Sequence record: KX397373.1
Strand: one strand, 5' to 3'
DNA: 64,000 bases
Position numbers and translations under genes: made by a program. Of this stretch, positions 18,597 through 27,828 are shown in pieces. The notes beneath the pieces were generated by a model. The model was given only the letters and a program-made list of their open reading frames with translations. It was not told the origin of the DNA and made no database searches. The first letter of the stretch is position 1. Each line of letters opens with the position of its first letter.

Positions 18597-18974
18597 ATGG
18601 TTGTCGGACACTTTTTTAATCGCCACGGTTTAGTGTTTGTATCGGGTATCGCTGTAGAAGGTCGTCGTGTTCACACCATGAACCTGACGGACGAAGAGAA
18701 AGCGCATTGGGCGGAGGTGTTAGCACCGTTCAAAGACAAGAAGCTGGCGCTGGGTCAACGCATCACCTACGGTTCCAGTCCACGGGTGGCTTTCCACGGT
18801 CACAATGACGAAGGGGGTCAGGATGACTTAGCCATTATGGCCGGGGAAGAGGGTCGACGGTTGTCAGAGGTGCTGCTACAGTTTAAACCACCGATGTGCA
18901 ACGGGCCATACATTAACCTCGAAGGACATCCGGACGCTACCAGCATCGCTCACCAGGTGATGGTACTTCTATAA
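18597..18974 (+). CDS. Hypothetical protein
   Basis: AAGGAG RBS before ATG 18597. Confidence 0.7.
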   Translation: MVVGHFFNRHGLVFVSGIAVEGRRVHTMNLTDEEKAHWAEVLAPFKDKKLALGQRITYGSSPRVAFHGHNDEGGQDDLAIMAGEEGRRLSEVLLQFKPPMCNGPYINLEGHPDATSIAHQVMVLL

Positions 18975-19021
18975 TTTACAAAAGCGGGTGTAGTTATGTA
19001 AACACCCGCAAGGATACCCGA

Positions 19022-19450
19022 ATGATGAATAAGATTGCTTTTGAGAAAGGCACTGGCCTGATTGTTAATGAAGTCATTATCCCGAATACGGACAACGCTG
19101 CCTGGGAACACCTGGCGCTGCGTTTAAACGGTAAGAAGGTCTCTGTTACCTTAACCAACGAACTCGCACTCAACGGCAATCTGGCTAACGCTGGGCCGGA
19201 GTTTGCGGCGTTCAACGTACCCCATTCGACCGGCGTTTGTTTTTTGAAGAACGCGTACTTCGCAAGTCGAGTTTACAGCTGGAAACTACTGGCTGAACTG
19301 AACAAATCCGTTGGCCTGAACGCGAAGCAGGGTGTGCCGAACGACCACATTGCTAACCACGGTATCGTTATCGTGGTCTCTCGCGTTGCCGGTGAAGAAC
19401 TGGCCTTCTCTTTCTGTTACGCGTACGGAGCACAGGATGCAGCTGCCTAA
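19022..19450 (+). CDS. Hypothetical protein
   Basis: 142-aa ORF with AAGGA RBS. Confidence 0.7.
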   Translation: MMNKIAFEKGTGLIVNEVIIPNTDNAAWEHLALRLNGKKVSVTLTNELALNGNLANAGPEFAAFNVPHSTGVCFLKNAYFASRVYSWKLLAELNKSVGLNAKQGVPNDHIANHGIVIVVSRVAGEELAFSFCYAYGAQDAAA

Positions 19451-20348
19451 TGCCGAGATTCAAATCCACGCCGTAGACAGCTGGTATACCGACACAAAGG
19501 TGTACCAGTTCGGCAGCTACGAACAACAGCGTAGCAAACTGTATCGTTGCCTCGGTGAAATTGCCGAGGGGGTACAGAAAGACGATACCTTAAAAGTGGC
19601 AGCCGGTATCGGTCGGGTGCTGTGGACGTTCATCGGCCTTGTGCATTTCTCCAAGCAAGCTCACGATGTTCCCCTGCACAGCCAACTCGACCACTATATT
19701 CAGTTGAAGCTGAAAGCCACCAACAAACACGCCCAGCTTCATGCGCTGATGCACAACACCCTGGATCTGGTCTGGCAGACACCCGAAGACGGTGACTTCT
19801 GTTTGCACAGTTTCCTGAAAGCGTTTGGTGATTTCATGATGGGACTGAATACGTTGTGTAAAGCCACAGGGCTAGAGTTTGACCGGGTGGTGTACAACGG
19901 CCATTACGCACTCATTCGCACTCAGGGTGAGATGAACGAGCTGGGGATGTTTATTCCTGCGCCAGGCGATCTGGATGGTGATGTAATGGGCCAACCTCTG
20001 GTTAATGAGAAACTTCCTTCTGGTCAGCTCACCCACTTTTATATCGAAAGTGGGCTGAACGCCGCGGCTGCTAAAGCGTTCGTGCCGTACGTTCACACCC
20101 CGTTTGCTTCTCACAAGGTCGATGAGGTCAGTGATAAACTGGCGGAGGCATTGGAAGAACTGTTGGAGCGGCACATCTACAGTGATGATAAATGGCGACA
20201 TCTGACTTTCGAGCGGACGCCAAAGATTAACATCATGTACGAAAACGGCACCGTGACAGCCACGTACAACGATGACCTCAAGTTTATCATGAATACCCTA
20301 AAACAGGATAATTTGCACCATGAAACAATATCTGGACTTACTGCGTGA
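19437..20348 (+). CDS. Degenerate MazG-like protein (metal-binding acidic residues lost)
   Basis: Gapless ~63-aa alignment to the MazG core of 22754..23659, with EEDGE replaced by RCLGE and DGLGD by AGIGR; distal [10 protein letters not shown] matches GLLNADGIFI. Confidence 0.7.
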   Translation: MQLPNAEIQIHAVDSWYTDTKVYQFGSYEQQRSKLYRCLGEIAEGVQKDDTLKVAAGIGRVLWTFIGLVHFSKQAHDVPLHSQLDHYIQLKLKATNKHAQLHALMHNTLDLVWQTPEDGDFCLHSFLKAFGDFMMGLNTLCKATGLEFDRVVYNGHYALIRTQGEMNELGMFIPAPGDLDGDVMGQPLVNEKLPSGQLTHFYIESGLNAAAAKAFVPYVHTPFASHKVDEVSDKLAEALEELLERHIYSDDKWRHLTFERTPKINIMYENGTVTATYNDDLKFIMNTLKQDNLHHETISGLTA

Positions 20349-21237
20349 CGTTCGTGACAACGGGCACGAAAAAGCAGACCGTACGGGCACGGGCACCCTG
20401 TCGTTATTCGGCGCACAAATGCGCTTTGACCTGCAAAAAGGTTTCCCGCTGGTCACGACCAAAAAGGTTCACCTCCGCTCCATCATCCATGAGCTTCTGT
20501 GGTTCCTCATGGGCGATACCAACATCCAGTATCTGAAAGACAACAACGTCAGTATCTGGGATGAATGGGCGGATGAAGATGGTAATCTCGGCCCGGTGTA
20601 TGGAATGCAGTGGCGGGCATGGATGGGACCGGGTTACGAAACCATTGACCAGATCAGCAAGGTCATGGATCAACTGAAAAATGACCCGGACAACCGCCGC
20701 ATTATCGTCAGCGCCTGGAATGTGGCAGAGCTGGACAAGATGGCATTAGCGCCATGCCATGCGTTCTTCCAGTTCTATACGCGTGAGCTGTCGCTGGCAG
20801 AGCGTATGCACGCCGTGCGTAATCACCCGGACTTCGGTAAACAGTGGTTAGAAGCTGACCTGCGTTTCTCTGAGAACGAAGCATGGCTGGACAAGCATAA
20901 CTTCCCAACGCGTGTTCTGTCCTGTCAGCTTTATCAAAGATCGGCGGACATGTTCCTGGGTGTCCCGTTCAACATCGCTTCCTACGCTTTACTGATGCAC
21001 ATGTTTGCACAGCAAGCGAATATGTTAGTGGGTGATTTTGTCTGGACGGGTGGGGACGTGCATCTGTACTCCAACCACCTGGAGCAGGCAGATTTGCAGT
21101 TAACTCGCGAACCTCATCCGTTACCACAACTGCGGATTAAACGTCGTCCGGATTCTATCTTCGACTATAAGTTTGAAGATTTCGAAGTGGTCGGATACGA
21201 ATCGCATGACGCTATTAAGGCACCGGTGGCGATATGA
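20320..21237 (+). CDS. thyA: Thymidylate synthase
   Basis: [47 protein letters not shown]; very close to enterobacterial ThyA. Confidence 0.97.
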   Translation: MKQYLDLLRDVRDNGHEKADRTGTGTLSLFGAQMRFDLQKGFPLVTTKKVHLRSIIHELLWFLMGDTNIQYLKDNNVSIWDEWADEDGNLGPVYGMQWRAWMGPGYETIDQISKVMDQLKNDPDNRRIIVSAWNVAELDKMALAPCHAFFQFYTRELSLAERMHAVRNHPDFGKQWLEADLRFSENEAWLDKHNFPTRVLSCQLYQRSADMFLGVPFNIASYALLMHMFAQQANMLVGDFVWTGGDVHLYSNHLEQADLQLTREPHPLPQLRIKRRPDSIFDYKFEDFEVVGYESHDAIKAPVAI

Positions 21238-22031
21238 AGAACAAGCTCTTTGTTTTCTCGGATGCCTTTTACACCACCAACTACGATCAGTACAACCACG
21301 GCGTTGTTGCCGCGATTAATGAAGAAGATGCCCAGCGCTTAGTACCGACGGGTATCGATTTGATCGAAGTCGGTGAGACCGATGCGTATGACGTGTTGCT
21401 GTTTGCGGAAGGTGTACGTAACTGGCCTGAGCGCCACCGTTACACCAACCACACCATCAACTGTCCTGGCTGGAAAGTCATTGAAGGGGCAGATATCTCG
21501 GACTACGAGAAGAAGCTTGTGGAGTTAATGCAACTCCCACCGGACATGGACATCGTGTTCAGTAACTGGGGGAAGGTGCCAGAAGACAGTGAGCACGGTA
21601 AACCGCCTGCGGCTGGGCAATGGACAATAACCGCAACCTCTGGTGAACTCGGGGGCTCTGCACAAGTTCACTTTAACGGCTTGCCTTCTCTGGACGCTCT
21701 GCTTGAGCCTGCGGAACACACGGTCAGTTATACCTGGCAGGATACCGAAACCTTGCCGGTGACGATTGAGCATGTTCTGGCAGACGTGTTGAAGGTGGTG
21801 GGGCGAGAGTCTGAGTACCACGACTGGGCAGGAATGGCACGACAGCACTTCTATTCAGAAACGGCAGTGCTCGGTTGGGAAGAACTGACTGAGGAAATCG
21901 GTCAGTACAAGAAAACATGGTACCGTCACCCGGACTGGCAAACGCTGGTTCCAGAGATGGTGCGTAAAGAAGCCTCCAAACTCACCGTTATCACTGATGA
22001 AAACGGCAGAATGCGGATGGCGCAATACTAA
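21234..22031 (+). CDS. Hypothetical protein
   Basis: 265 aa, ATGA overlap; N-terminal module shared with 23687..24514. Confidence 0.75.
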   Translation: MKNKLFVFSDAFYTTNYDQYNHGVVAAINEEDAQRLVPTGIDLIEVGETDAYDVLLFAEGVRNWPERHRYTNHTINCPGWKVIEGADISDYEKKLVELMQLPPDMDIVFSNWGKVPEDSEHGKPPAAGQWTITATSGELGGSAQVHFNGLPSLDALLEPAEHTVSYTWQDTETLPVTIEHVLADVLKVVGRESEYHDWAGMARQHFYSETAVLGWEELTEEIGQYKKTWYRHPDWQTLVPEMVRKEASKLTVITDENGRMRMAQY

Positions 22032-22047
22032 CGAAGAGGTAATCAAA

Positions 22048-22527
22048 GTGTCTATGACTCCAATTAACTATAACTTGGTAGTGAAAGAACTTTCGAACGG
22101 TCTGGTTGCATTGGACAGTGACGAAGCCCAGAGCTTGGTGTTGCTCCCGCATGTAGAGCTGAGCGAATTCCGTACTATCCGCTACGGTGCTGGCCGTCAG
22201 AAAGGGGTGACTGAACACGCCATCAACATGGCTGCGCACCACAAAGGGTCGGTGCTTATCCTTGTCCATCATGAAGCGTTACGCAATGAAGCGATGCGTA
22301 AGTTCCATGCGAAGGCGTCGGGTGATGGGTGGTTAACTGTGCATTGCAGTTACCTGCCTGAGAACTGGAAACAGGCTACCGGCTCTGGACTCTCTGGTTA
22401 TGAGAAGTTCAGTCTGGCCATAGTCGATGAAGCCGGGTTCTTCTTCAACAAATTTAGCTTTGACAAAATCTACCGCAGTCTGGTCGATGTTGTGACGCCG
22501 GACGTGGTTATCCATCTCATCAATTAA
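22048..22527 (+). CDS. Small degenerate P-loop NTPase-like protein
   Basis: GRQKGVT (compare GRQxGKT) and AIVDEAG (Walker B-like); GAGG RBS before GTG 22048. Confidence 0.5.
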   Translation: MSMTPINYNLVVKELSNGLVALDSDEAQSLVLLPHVELSEFRTIRYGAGRQKGVTEHAINMAAHHKGSVLILVHHEALRNEAMRKFHAKASGDGWLTVHCSYLPENWKQATGSGLSGYEKFSLAIVDEAGFFFNKFSFDKIYRSLVDVVTPDVVIHLIN

Positions 22528-22538
22528 GAGAATACGCA

Positions 22539-22694
22539 ATGAGCAATAAAGAGCAGGTACAGGAATCACAGCTGGCAGCTGACCCAATGGACTTTGGTGA
22601 CATCCCAGGTCTTGACCCGGATGCCGGTGTTGTCGGTGGTGTTGATGCAGCTATCGAAGACGATGGTTGTGCTGGCGGTGCCTGCAAAATTTAA
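22539..22694 (+). CDS. 51-aa acidic peptide ending in an NrdA-like redox tail (DDGCAGGACKI)
   Basis: Hand translation: MSNKEQVQESQLAADPMDFGDIPGLDPDAGVVGGVDAAIEDDGCAGGACKI*. It fills the intergenic gap and is followed by a terminator; below the ORF-track length cutoff. Confidence 0.8.
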   Translation: MSNKEQVQESQLAADPMDFGDIPGLDPDAGVVGGVDAAIEDDGCAGGACKI

Positions 22695-22700
22695 CAAATA

Positions 22701-22734
22701 GGTGTGTCCATATGGACACACCACTTTATTTTTT
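22701..22734 (+). terminator. Intrinsic terminator after the peptide gene
   Basis: Perfect GGTGTGTCCA/TGGACACACC inverted repeat followed by ACTTTATTTTTT. Confidence 0.8.
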
Positions 22735-22753
22735 ACCCAAAAGGAAAATTATC

Positions 22754-23659
22754 ATGGGCGATCGTTTTGTTATTCAGATTCCGTACAACGTTATTGTAAA
22801 CCCGAATGCGTATTTAGAGCAGATTAACACCCTGCTGGCAGGCTTCTGTCATCGCCAGCACGCGACCCCGTGGTCGTTTGAAGCGCTGTACTCACTGAGC
22901 GTTAACAGTGAGACCGGCAGTACCCGCGTTGAAGGGAAGGCGAAAACCGAAGACGGTCGTCTGGAAATCAACGATTTCGAAATGCCGTGGCAACTGAAAG
23001 ATGTTGAGTTCAACGGCAAAGTTAACCATCCGCGTTATATCCCACTCTTCTCTGTTGGCCAGTGTATTGACAATGTACTGGGCTGGTCTGCTGCGCGTGG
23101 TATTCTGGAAAACGGCAAATGGGACACCCAGGTGACCAAGCTGTATGAAGAAGACGGTGAAGCGGCGACCGGTATCAGCAAATCGAAAGAGCGCCTTATC
23201 ATGGACGGTCTGGGTGATGCTCTGGTGGTGCTGGTTAACGTGATGGAACTGTCGGGTATCGGTGCAGGTAAATTACGCGAGTGTTTTGTTGACGCCACGC
23301 TGGCACGCAACAACAGCAACAACAAAGTCAATAGCTACGGCCCACACCGCCTGTTCCACTGGATGCGTATGTGTCTGACTATCGGTAATCAGGTGCTGTA
23401 CACTGCGTACGATACCTACCTCGAGAACGACGAGAACCGTGGTAAGAAGTTCTCTATTGAGCTGGGTGAAACCAACGCTTCCCGTCACGCCGAATCATTC
23501 ATTGGTCACGCCACCCATGCGGTGCACGCGATGTTGCTGCTCGCCGATCACTACAACATGCCTATCGAACATTGCTTCTCCCTGGCGTGGGATGAAATCA
23601 AAGACCGTAAAGGGCTCTTGAACGCCGACGGCATCTTCATTAAAGAAGCTGACGCCTAA
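22754..23659 (+). CDS. mazG: MazG-like NTP pyrophosphohydrolase with extra N-terminal domain
   Basis: KLYEEDGE, DGLGDALVVL, CFSLAWDEIKDRKG...GIFIKE; AAGGA RBS before ATG 22754. Confidence 0.85.
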   Translation: MGDRFVIQIPYNVIVNPNAYLEQINTLLAGFCHRQHATPWSFEALYSLSVNSETGSTRVEGKAKTEDGRLEINDFEMPWQLKDVEFNGKVNHPRYIPLFSVGQCIDNVLGWSAARGILENGKWDTQVTKLYEEDGEAATGISKSKERLIMDGLGDALVVLVNVMELSGIGAGKLRECFVDATLARNNSNNKVNSYGPHRLFHWMRMCLTIGNQVLYTAYDTYLENDENRGKKFSIELGETNASRHAESFIGHATHAVHAMLLLADHYNMPIEHCFSLAWDEIKDRKGLLNADGIFIKEADA

Positions 23660-23686
23660 TATAAAAAAGACAGAGGTACTATTCGC

Positions 23687-24514
23687 ATGAAAATCTTCTT
23701 AGTCACTGATGAGTTCATTGCAGGAACGGTTAATCCGTCGTTTCGCGCGGTCGTTATTGCGGCGGATGAATCCGGTGCCCGTTGGGTGGTAGCCCGGCAG
23801 AAGGCGGGGCCGGGGATGGAAAATGTCCGTCAAGCCTGCGCCATCTCGTTAGGTGAAACCGAAGTCGGGGAAGAAACCGTTCTGTCCTACACCACCGGTA
23901 TCGGGACTGGGAGCATGGTGAAAACCCATCCCCCGATTCCACTGGAGGCAGACGAGTTTTACCGGGTGAGTGTAGAAACAGTACGTGACCCCTTAGCGCC
24001 ACTCCCTCAACACCCCGACCGTTTAGGCGATAATCAGGTCTCGTACTGGTTCTCTCAGCACACCGGAATTATGATGCGTTTAACCGAACGGGAAACTGTT
24101 CTGCCAAACCTGACCGGTGAAAAAGGCGTGTACTCTGAGAAAGAAAGTTACGCGCAATACTGGCGGCTGTCGCACAACGCAAAACGTCCCGAATTCTCAC
24201 CAACTGAATCGTTGAACGTTGAGCATTATTTGGCCCGCCCGGAATCCGCCAATATCTATACCTTGGCTGAAACACACAGCATCATCTCCCGGCTTTCTCA
24301 GGCACCGTATCATGCCGAAGCGCCAAGAGAGTTGTTGTCCTACCTGTGGGATAACTTCGTTTCCTACAAAGAGGTGGGGTCGGACACGCTGGTAAAAGAC
24401 CTGCTGTTGTTCAATGGGCAGCAACTATGGTTCCAGGCAGAGAAAGCGCGTGACTGGTTTATAACAGTACCGCAATGTATCACGCTGGTACGCAACCTTA
24501 ACACGGATGCTTAA
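23687..24514 (+). CDS. Hypothetical protein
   Basis: 275 aa, GAGG RBS; N-terminal VVIAADE..AR...LGET module as in 21234..22031. Confidence 0.75.
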   Translation: MKIFLVTDEFIAGTVNPSFRAVVIAADESGARWVVARQKAGPGMENVRQACAISLGETEVGEETVLSYTTGIGTGSMVKTHPPIPLEADEFYRVSVETVRDPLAPLPQHPDRLGDNQVSYWFSQHTGIMMRLTERETVLPNLTGEKGVYSEKESYAQYWRLSHNAKRPEFSPTESLNVEHYLARPESANIYTLAETHSIISRLSQAPYHAEAPRELLSYLWDNFVSYKEVGSDTLVKDLLLFNGQQLWFQAEKARDWFITVPQCITLVRNLNTDA

Positions 24515-24516
24515 CC

Positions 24517-24954
24517 ATGGAAAAACGACTGCACACTTTCGATTACAACGGACGTGAGCAGTTGTTTGTAAACGGTGAGCTGTGGGAAGACCACGGTCTC
24601 ACCCTGCAACAACTGTGGAAGTTAAAGTTACTGTCAAGTCGACACGGCGGGTTAGAGTTCGTCTTTACCGACCAACCTATTCCTGAGCAACTGTGGACTG
24701 ACCAACGTGACTTGCTGTTCTGGGAGGTTCGTGAGTCGTTCCTGAAGAAGGTGTTGTACACGCATAGTTGGCGTGGAGGATGCCATAGTCCAGCGAATGT
24801 ATTGAAACTCTCTGAACGGTACGGCACCGAGATGGCGTACATCCAGACATGGCCGAAGGAACTGGATGAAAACAGTTTGGTGGTCTGGTGGTCAGCCCCG
24901 CAAGGTAGCGATCGGGCTACCGTCCGAATCGTGTTCGAACACGACTACAAATAA
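24517..24954 (+). CDS. Hypothetical protein
   Basis: 145-aa ORF coupled to the upstream gene. Confidence 0.7.
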   Translation: MEKRLHTFDYNGREQLFVNGELWEDHGLTLQQLWKLKLLSSRHGGLEFVFTDQPIPEQLWTDQRDLLFWEVRESFLKKVLYTHSWRGGCHSPANVLKLSERYGTEMAYIQTWPKELDENSLVVWWSAPQGSDRATVRIVFEHDYK

Positions 24955-24963
24955 AATAAAAGT

Positions 24964-24998
24964 CGAGTAGCCCATTGGGCTACTCGCTTTCTTTTTTT
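24964..24998. terminator. Terminator between convergent units
   Basis: CGAGTAGCCC-ATT-GGGCTACTCG with T-tract on the right and A-tract on the left. Confidence 0.8.
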
Positions 24999-25001
24999 GT
25001 C

Positions 25002-25544
25002 TTAAGATGCAGACGTGTCGTAAACCAGGCCATCTAACTGGGTGTCAGTGACCAGTTTACTGATGTCCGAACCGTCGGCCGGTACTTCCGTGAGGTACAC
25101 TTCAAGCCTACCGATCCAGGCAAAGGATTTGCCGTTGAACCGTAAGCTGTGTTTGTCACCGGACACTGCTTCCGTGGGATAGATTTCATCCTCGGTGATG
25201 ATAAGGTTATACTTATCCCGAATCAACGGCAACAGTCCAGCAGCGGTAGTCACCCCCGTTCCGTCCACGGAGATAACAATGCCGTCAAACAAGTGATCCA
25301 TAAACAAACGACGATAAGTTACCGTGAACTTGCCGAACGTCCCTTTATCCAGGATACCGTTCACGTCCATCGTGGTGTTTAACCGCGTGTAGTACGTGGG
25401 GTCATCCTCACCGGGCCCAGCGAGATTAGAAGGGGTACCGAATGCCAGCATATCCGACGTAATCCCTTTTGTCGTAAAGCCGGGGTTCTTGGCCACGATT
25501 AATTCGTAGACCAACTCTTTTGCGCTTTTACCAAACAGACTCAT
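25002..25544 (-). CDS. Putative virion structural protein
   Basis: 180 aa, GAGG RBS, last gene of the tail-tip operon. Confidence 0.55.
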   Translation of the reverse strand: MSLFGKSAKELVYELIVAKNPGFTTKGITSDMLAFGTPSNLAGPGEDDPTYYTRLNTTMDVNGILDKGTFGKFTVTYRRLFMDHLFDGIVISVDGTGVTTAAGLLPLIRDKYNLIITEDEIYPTEAVSGDKHSLRFNGKSFAWIGRLEVYLTEVPADGSDISKLVTDTQLDGLVYDTSAS

Positions 25545-25575
25545 TCTGTTTTCCTCTCTGCGATGTAAATTACCC

Positions 25576-27786
25576 TTAACGGGCCTGCGTCAGGAATATG
25601 TTCGCAATTTGTCGGGCAGGTACAAGGTCAAATGCAGCGTTCATGATGTTACCTTGCGACCAAGCAGAGGCGGCGTTCTGTGCCCAGATGGACGCATTGA
25701 TTTTCGCCCGCTCAATCCCAACCACACGTTCGCGCAGGGTAGCAGCACCCAACACGGCCATGAACTCACTGAATTTATTATCGTCGTCCCACACGCCGGT
25801 ATCCGTAACGATAGGCATGTACATGACGCGCGACAAGTCGCGGATAGTCACCTGAATATCACACGACAACGGCACCCCATCACCACGCCACCCAAGACCC
25901 CCAGCACCGAACTGCAACGACAGGTTTGTTACCATGGCATTACGCATGGAGTAACGACCGCGTGAGTAGCACTCGAGATAGAACGGGTGTGTAAACGATT
26001 GTTTACCGGTAGCAATAGGACAAACGGCCGCTAACCAAAACGACATCGGTACGAGCAAATCCTGGAACACGTCCAAGTCATTACCTGACCAACAACGGAG
26101 TGGGATACTCATGGTGATATCGTCGCCTGACGTATCTGAGGAATCCCACACCTCGGGGAAGTCAATCACTGACGAGTTGTACAGTGACATAATCCCGGAC
26201 AGGTGTAACAAGTCCAGTGCGCCGGTGAATGCGGACTTCAAGCCAGTGACCAGACCGTCGATGGCATCAAAGCCGGTCTTGCCCCCTGACAGGTTTACTT
26301 CCAACGAACGGGCTTTCTGGGTGACGGAGTTCACGGTGCCGGAAATCTCCGGTTCTTTAGTGGTGTTCGAGAAGTTACGGGAGACGGTATCCCGCCCGTC
26401 AATCTTCCAGGTTACCCACTGCGAGCCGTTACGGATTTCGGAAGCCGCCTGTTCAGACACATTGTCCCAGGTACGCTCCATCATCCCGACCATGTCTTTA
26501 AAGAATGAACCCACGTTTTCTTTTTGCCCTTCTGCCATCCAGTTTTCAATCTTGCCGATGTCCAGGTTGTTCTCGTCCATCGCGGTGGCGGAGTTCTGCG
26601 CATTCGCGGCGTTTTCCTGGTTCTTTTTCATCTCGTCAAGTTGTGATTGGAGTTTCTGCTCTTTGGCCTTCGCCGAGTTCTCAAAGTCCTGGGCAGTGCC
26701 GCCGGACTGCTGGGCGTCAGTAATCCCGCCTTGCATTCCGTTGACCAACTCGTTTTCTTGCTGGGTGGCATCATTGAACCCGGCCGAATAGGCAGGGTCT
26801 TTGCGGGCTACCGTTTCCAACATCCCCAGCGTCACTTCAAACTGTGCCGCATCGGTTTGCACTTTGGTGGAATAGGTAGCTTCGTTGTAGAACGCTCTCA
26901 AACGTTCCGCAAAGTCTTCTTCGTTATCCCCGGCCTTCTTGCGAATCTCTTCGATGGTCTTCGCCTGGTAGTTCGCCAGGGTCTGATAACGGTTGATCAT
27001 GCGGTAGATGTCGAACTCACCGTTATCCTTCCAGATAGCCGGGAGCATCGAGTACCAGTCTTCACGTTCAGCGTTGTACTTGTTTTCCTTGTCGTTAACA
27101 TCGTAACCCAAGGCAAACGTACCGAGTACCCCGGTTGGGACTAAACGCCGGTAGACCAACTGTGTGTTGACCATGTTCTGCACCGCGCGCAGATACAGGT
27201 GCATCGTTGGCATCACGTAGTAGTAACGTGAGGTTTCTTTGTTCAGTACCACTTTCAGGATACGGGGAGTAATCAGGATGATGGCGAAGGCCACTGTCCC
27301 AACGGTCGCCCACAACGCAGCAGCAGCCACGTAGGTTCCGATAGAACGCAACATCCCCGGATAGTTACCGGTACGCGCCAGGTACGCCAGGTTGGAGTCG
27401 TACATGTTCGCAAAGAATGCGGCTACCCCAAGGTAACGCGGTTTACCAAAACGACAATGAAGATAGTACGCGTTCTGGTTAATCGATTCCCAGTAGAAGG
27501 TACCGAGCTTATAAGACCCGCGCGCATCCTGGCCAGAGATTTGGCCTTGTGCCGCGGAACTTGTGGAAGTTGGTTGTGCGAACGCTCCGGTGGAGGGAGG
27601 GTCTGCAAACAACGTGAACTGTGGGGGTGCATTGATAGCGCGAGAACCACCCATCGTGGTATCTTCAAACGACATCATCGCATTTGAGAAACGACGAAGA
27701 CCCATGAATCGTTCGTCGCGACGCTCCCCTGTCCCACCGAATAGCGTCTGAACCCAACTTGTGTCTTCTAACTTGCGTGCATCCAC
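25576..27786 (-). CDS. Putative baseplate hub/tail-tip protein (phiKZ gp182-like)
   Basis: 736 aa immediately downstream of the tape measure; tube-like C-terminal region (PFYLECYSRG...VTNLSLQFG...CDIQVTIRDL). Confidence 0.6.
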   Translation of the reverse strand: MDARKLEDTSWVQTLFGGTGERRDERFMGLRRFSNAMMSFEDTTMGGSRAINAPPQFTLFADPPSTGAFAQPTSTSSAAQGQISGQDARGSYKLGTFYWESINQNAYYLHCRFGKPRYLGVAAFFANMYDSNLAYLARTGNYPGMLRSIGTYVAAAALWATVGTVAFAIILITPRILKVVLNKETSRYYYVMPTMHLYLRAVQNMVNTQLVYRRLVPTGVLGTFALGYDVNDKENKYNAEREDWYSMLPAIWKDNGEFDIYRMINRYQTLANYQAKTIEEIRKKAGDNEEDFAERLRAFYNEATYSTKVQTDAAQFEVTLGMLETVARKDPAYSAGFNDATQQENELVNGMQGGITDAQQSGGTAQDFENSAKAKEQKLQSQLDEMKKNQENAANAQNSATAMDENNLDIGKIENWMAEGQKENVGSFFKDMVGMMERTWDNVSEQAASEIRNGSQWVTWKIDGRDTVSRNFSNTTKEPEISGTVNSVTQKARSLEVNLSGGKTGFDAIDGLVTGLKSAFTGALDLLHLSGIMSLYNSSVIDFPEVWDSSDTSGDDITMSIPLRCWSGNDLDVFQDLLVPMSFWLAAVCPIATGKQSFTHPFYLECYSRGRYSMRNAMVTNLSLQFGAGGLGWRGDGVPLSCDIQVTIRDLSRVMYMPIVTDTGVWDDDNKFSEFMAVLGAATLRERVVGIERAKINASIWAQNAASAWSQGNIMNAAFDLVPARQIANIFLTQAR

Positions 27787-27798
27787 GTTTCACCTCTT

Positions 27799-27824
27799 AA
27801 AGAAAAGGGGGCATTGCTGCCCCC
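27799..27824 (-). terminator. Terminator-like hairpin after the tape measure gene
   Basis: Minus strand GGGGGCA-GCAA-TGCCCCC-TTTTCTTT. Confidence 0.7.
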
Positions 27825-27828
27825 GTAT

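Noticed and set aside
20780-20910. ~45-aa insertion in ThyA before LSCQLYQRS
   Set aside because: In frame, with no intein or intron signatures; insertions at this loop occur in many ThyA proteins.
22539-22694. Interpretation of the peptide ORF as an nrdA pseudogene fragment
   Set aside because: Only the last 11 residues resemble NrdA, the upstream gene is unrelated, and the ORF has its own start context and terminator.
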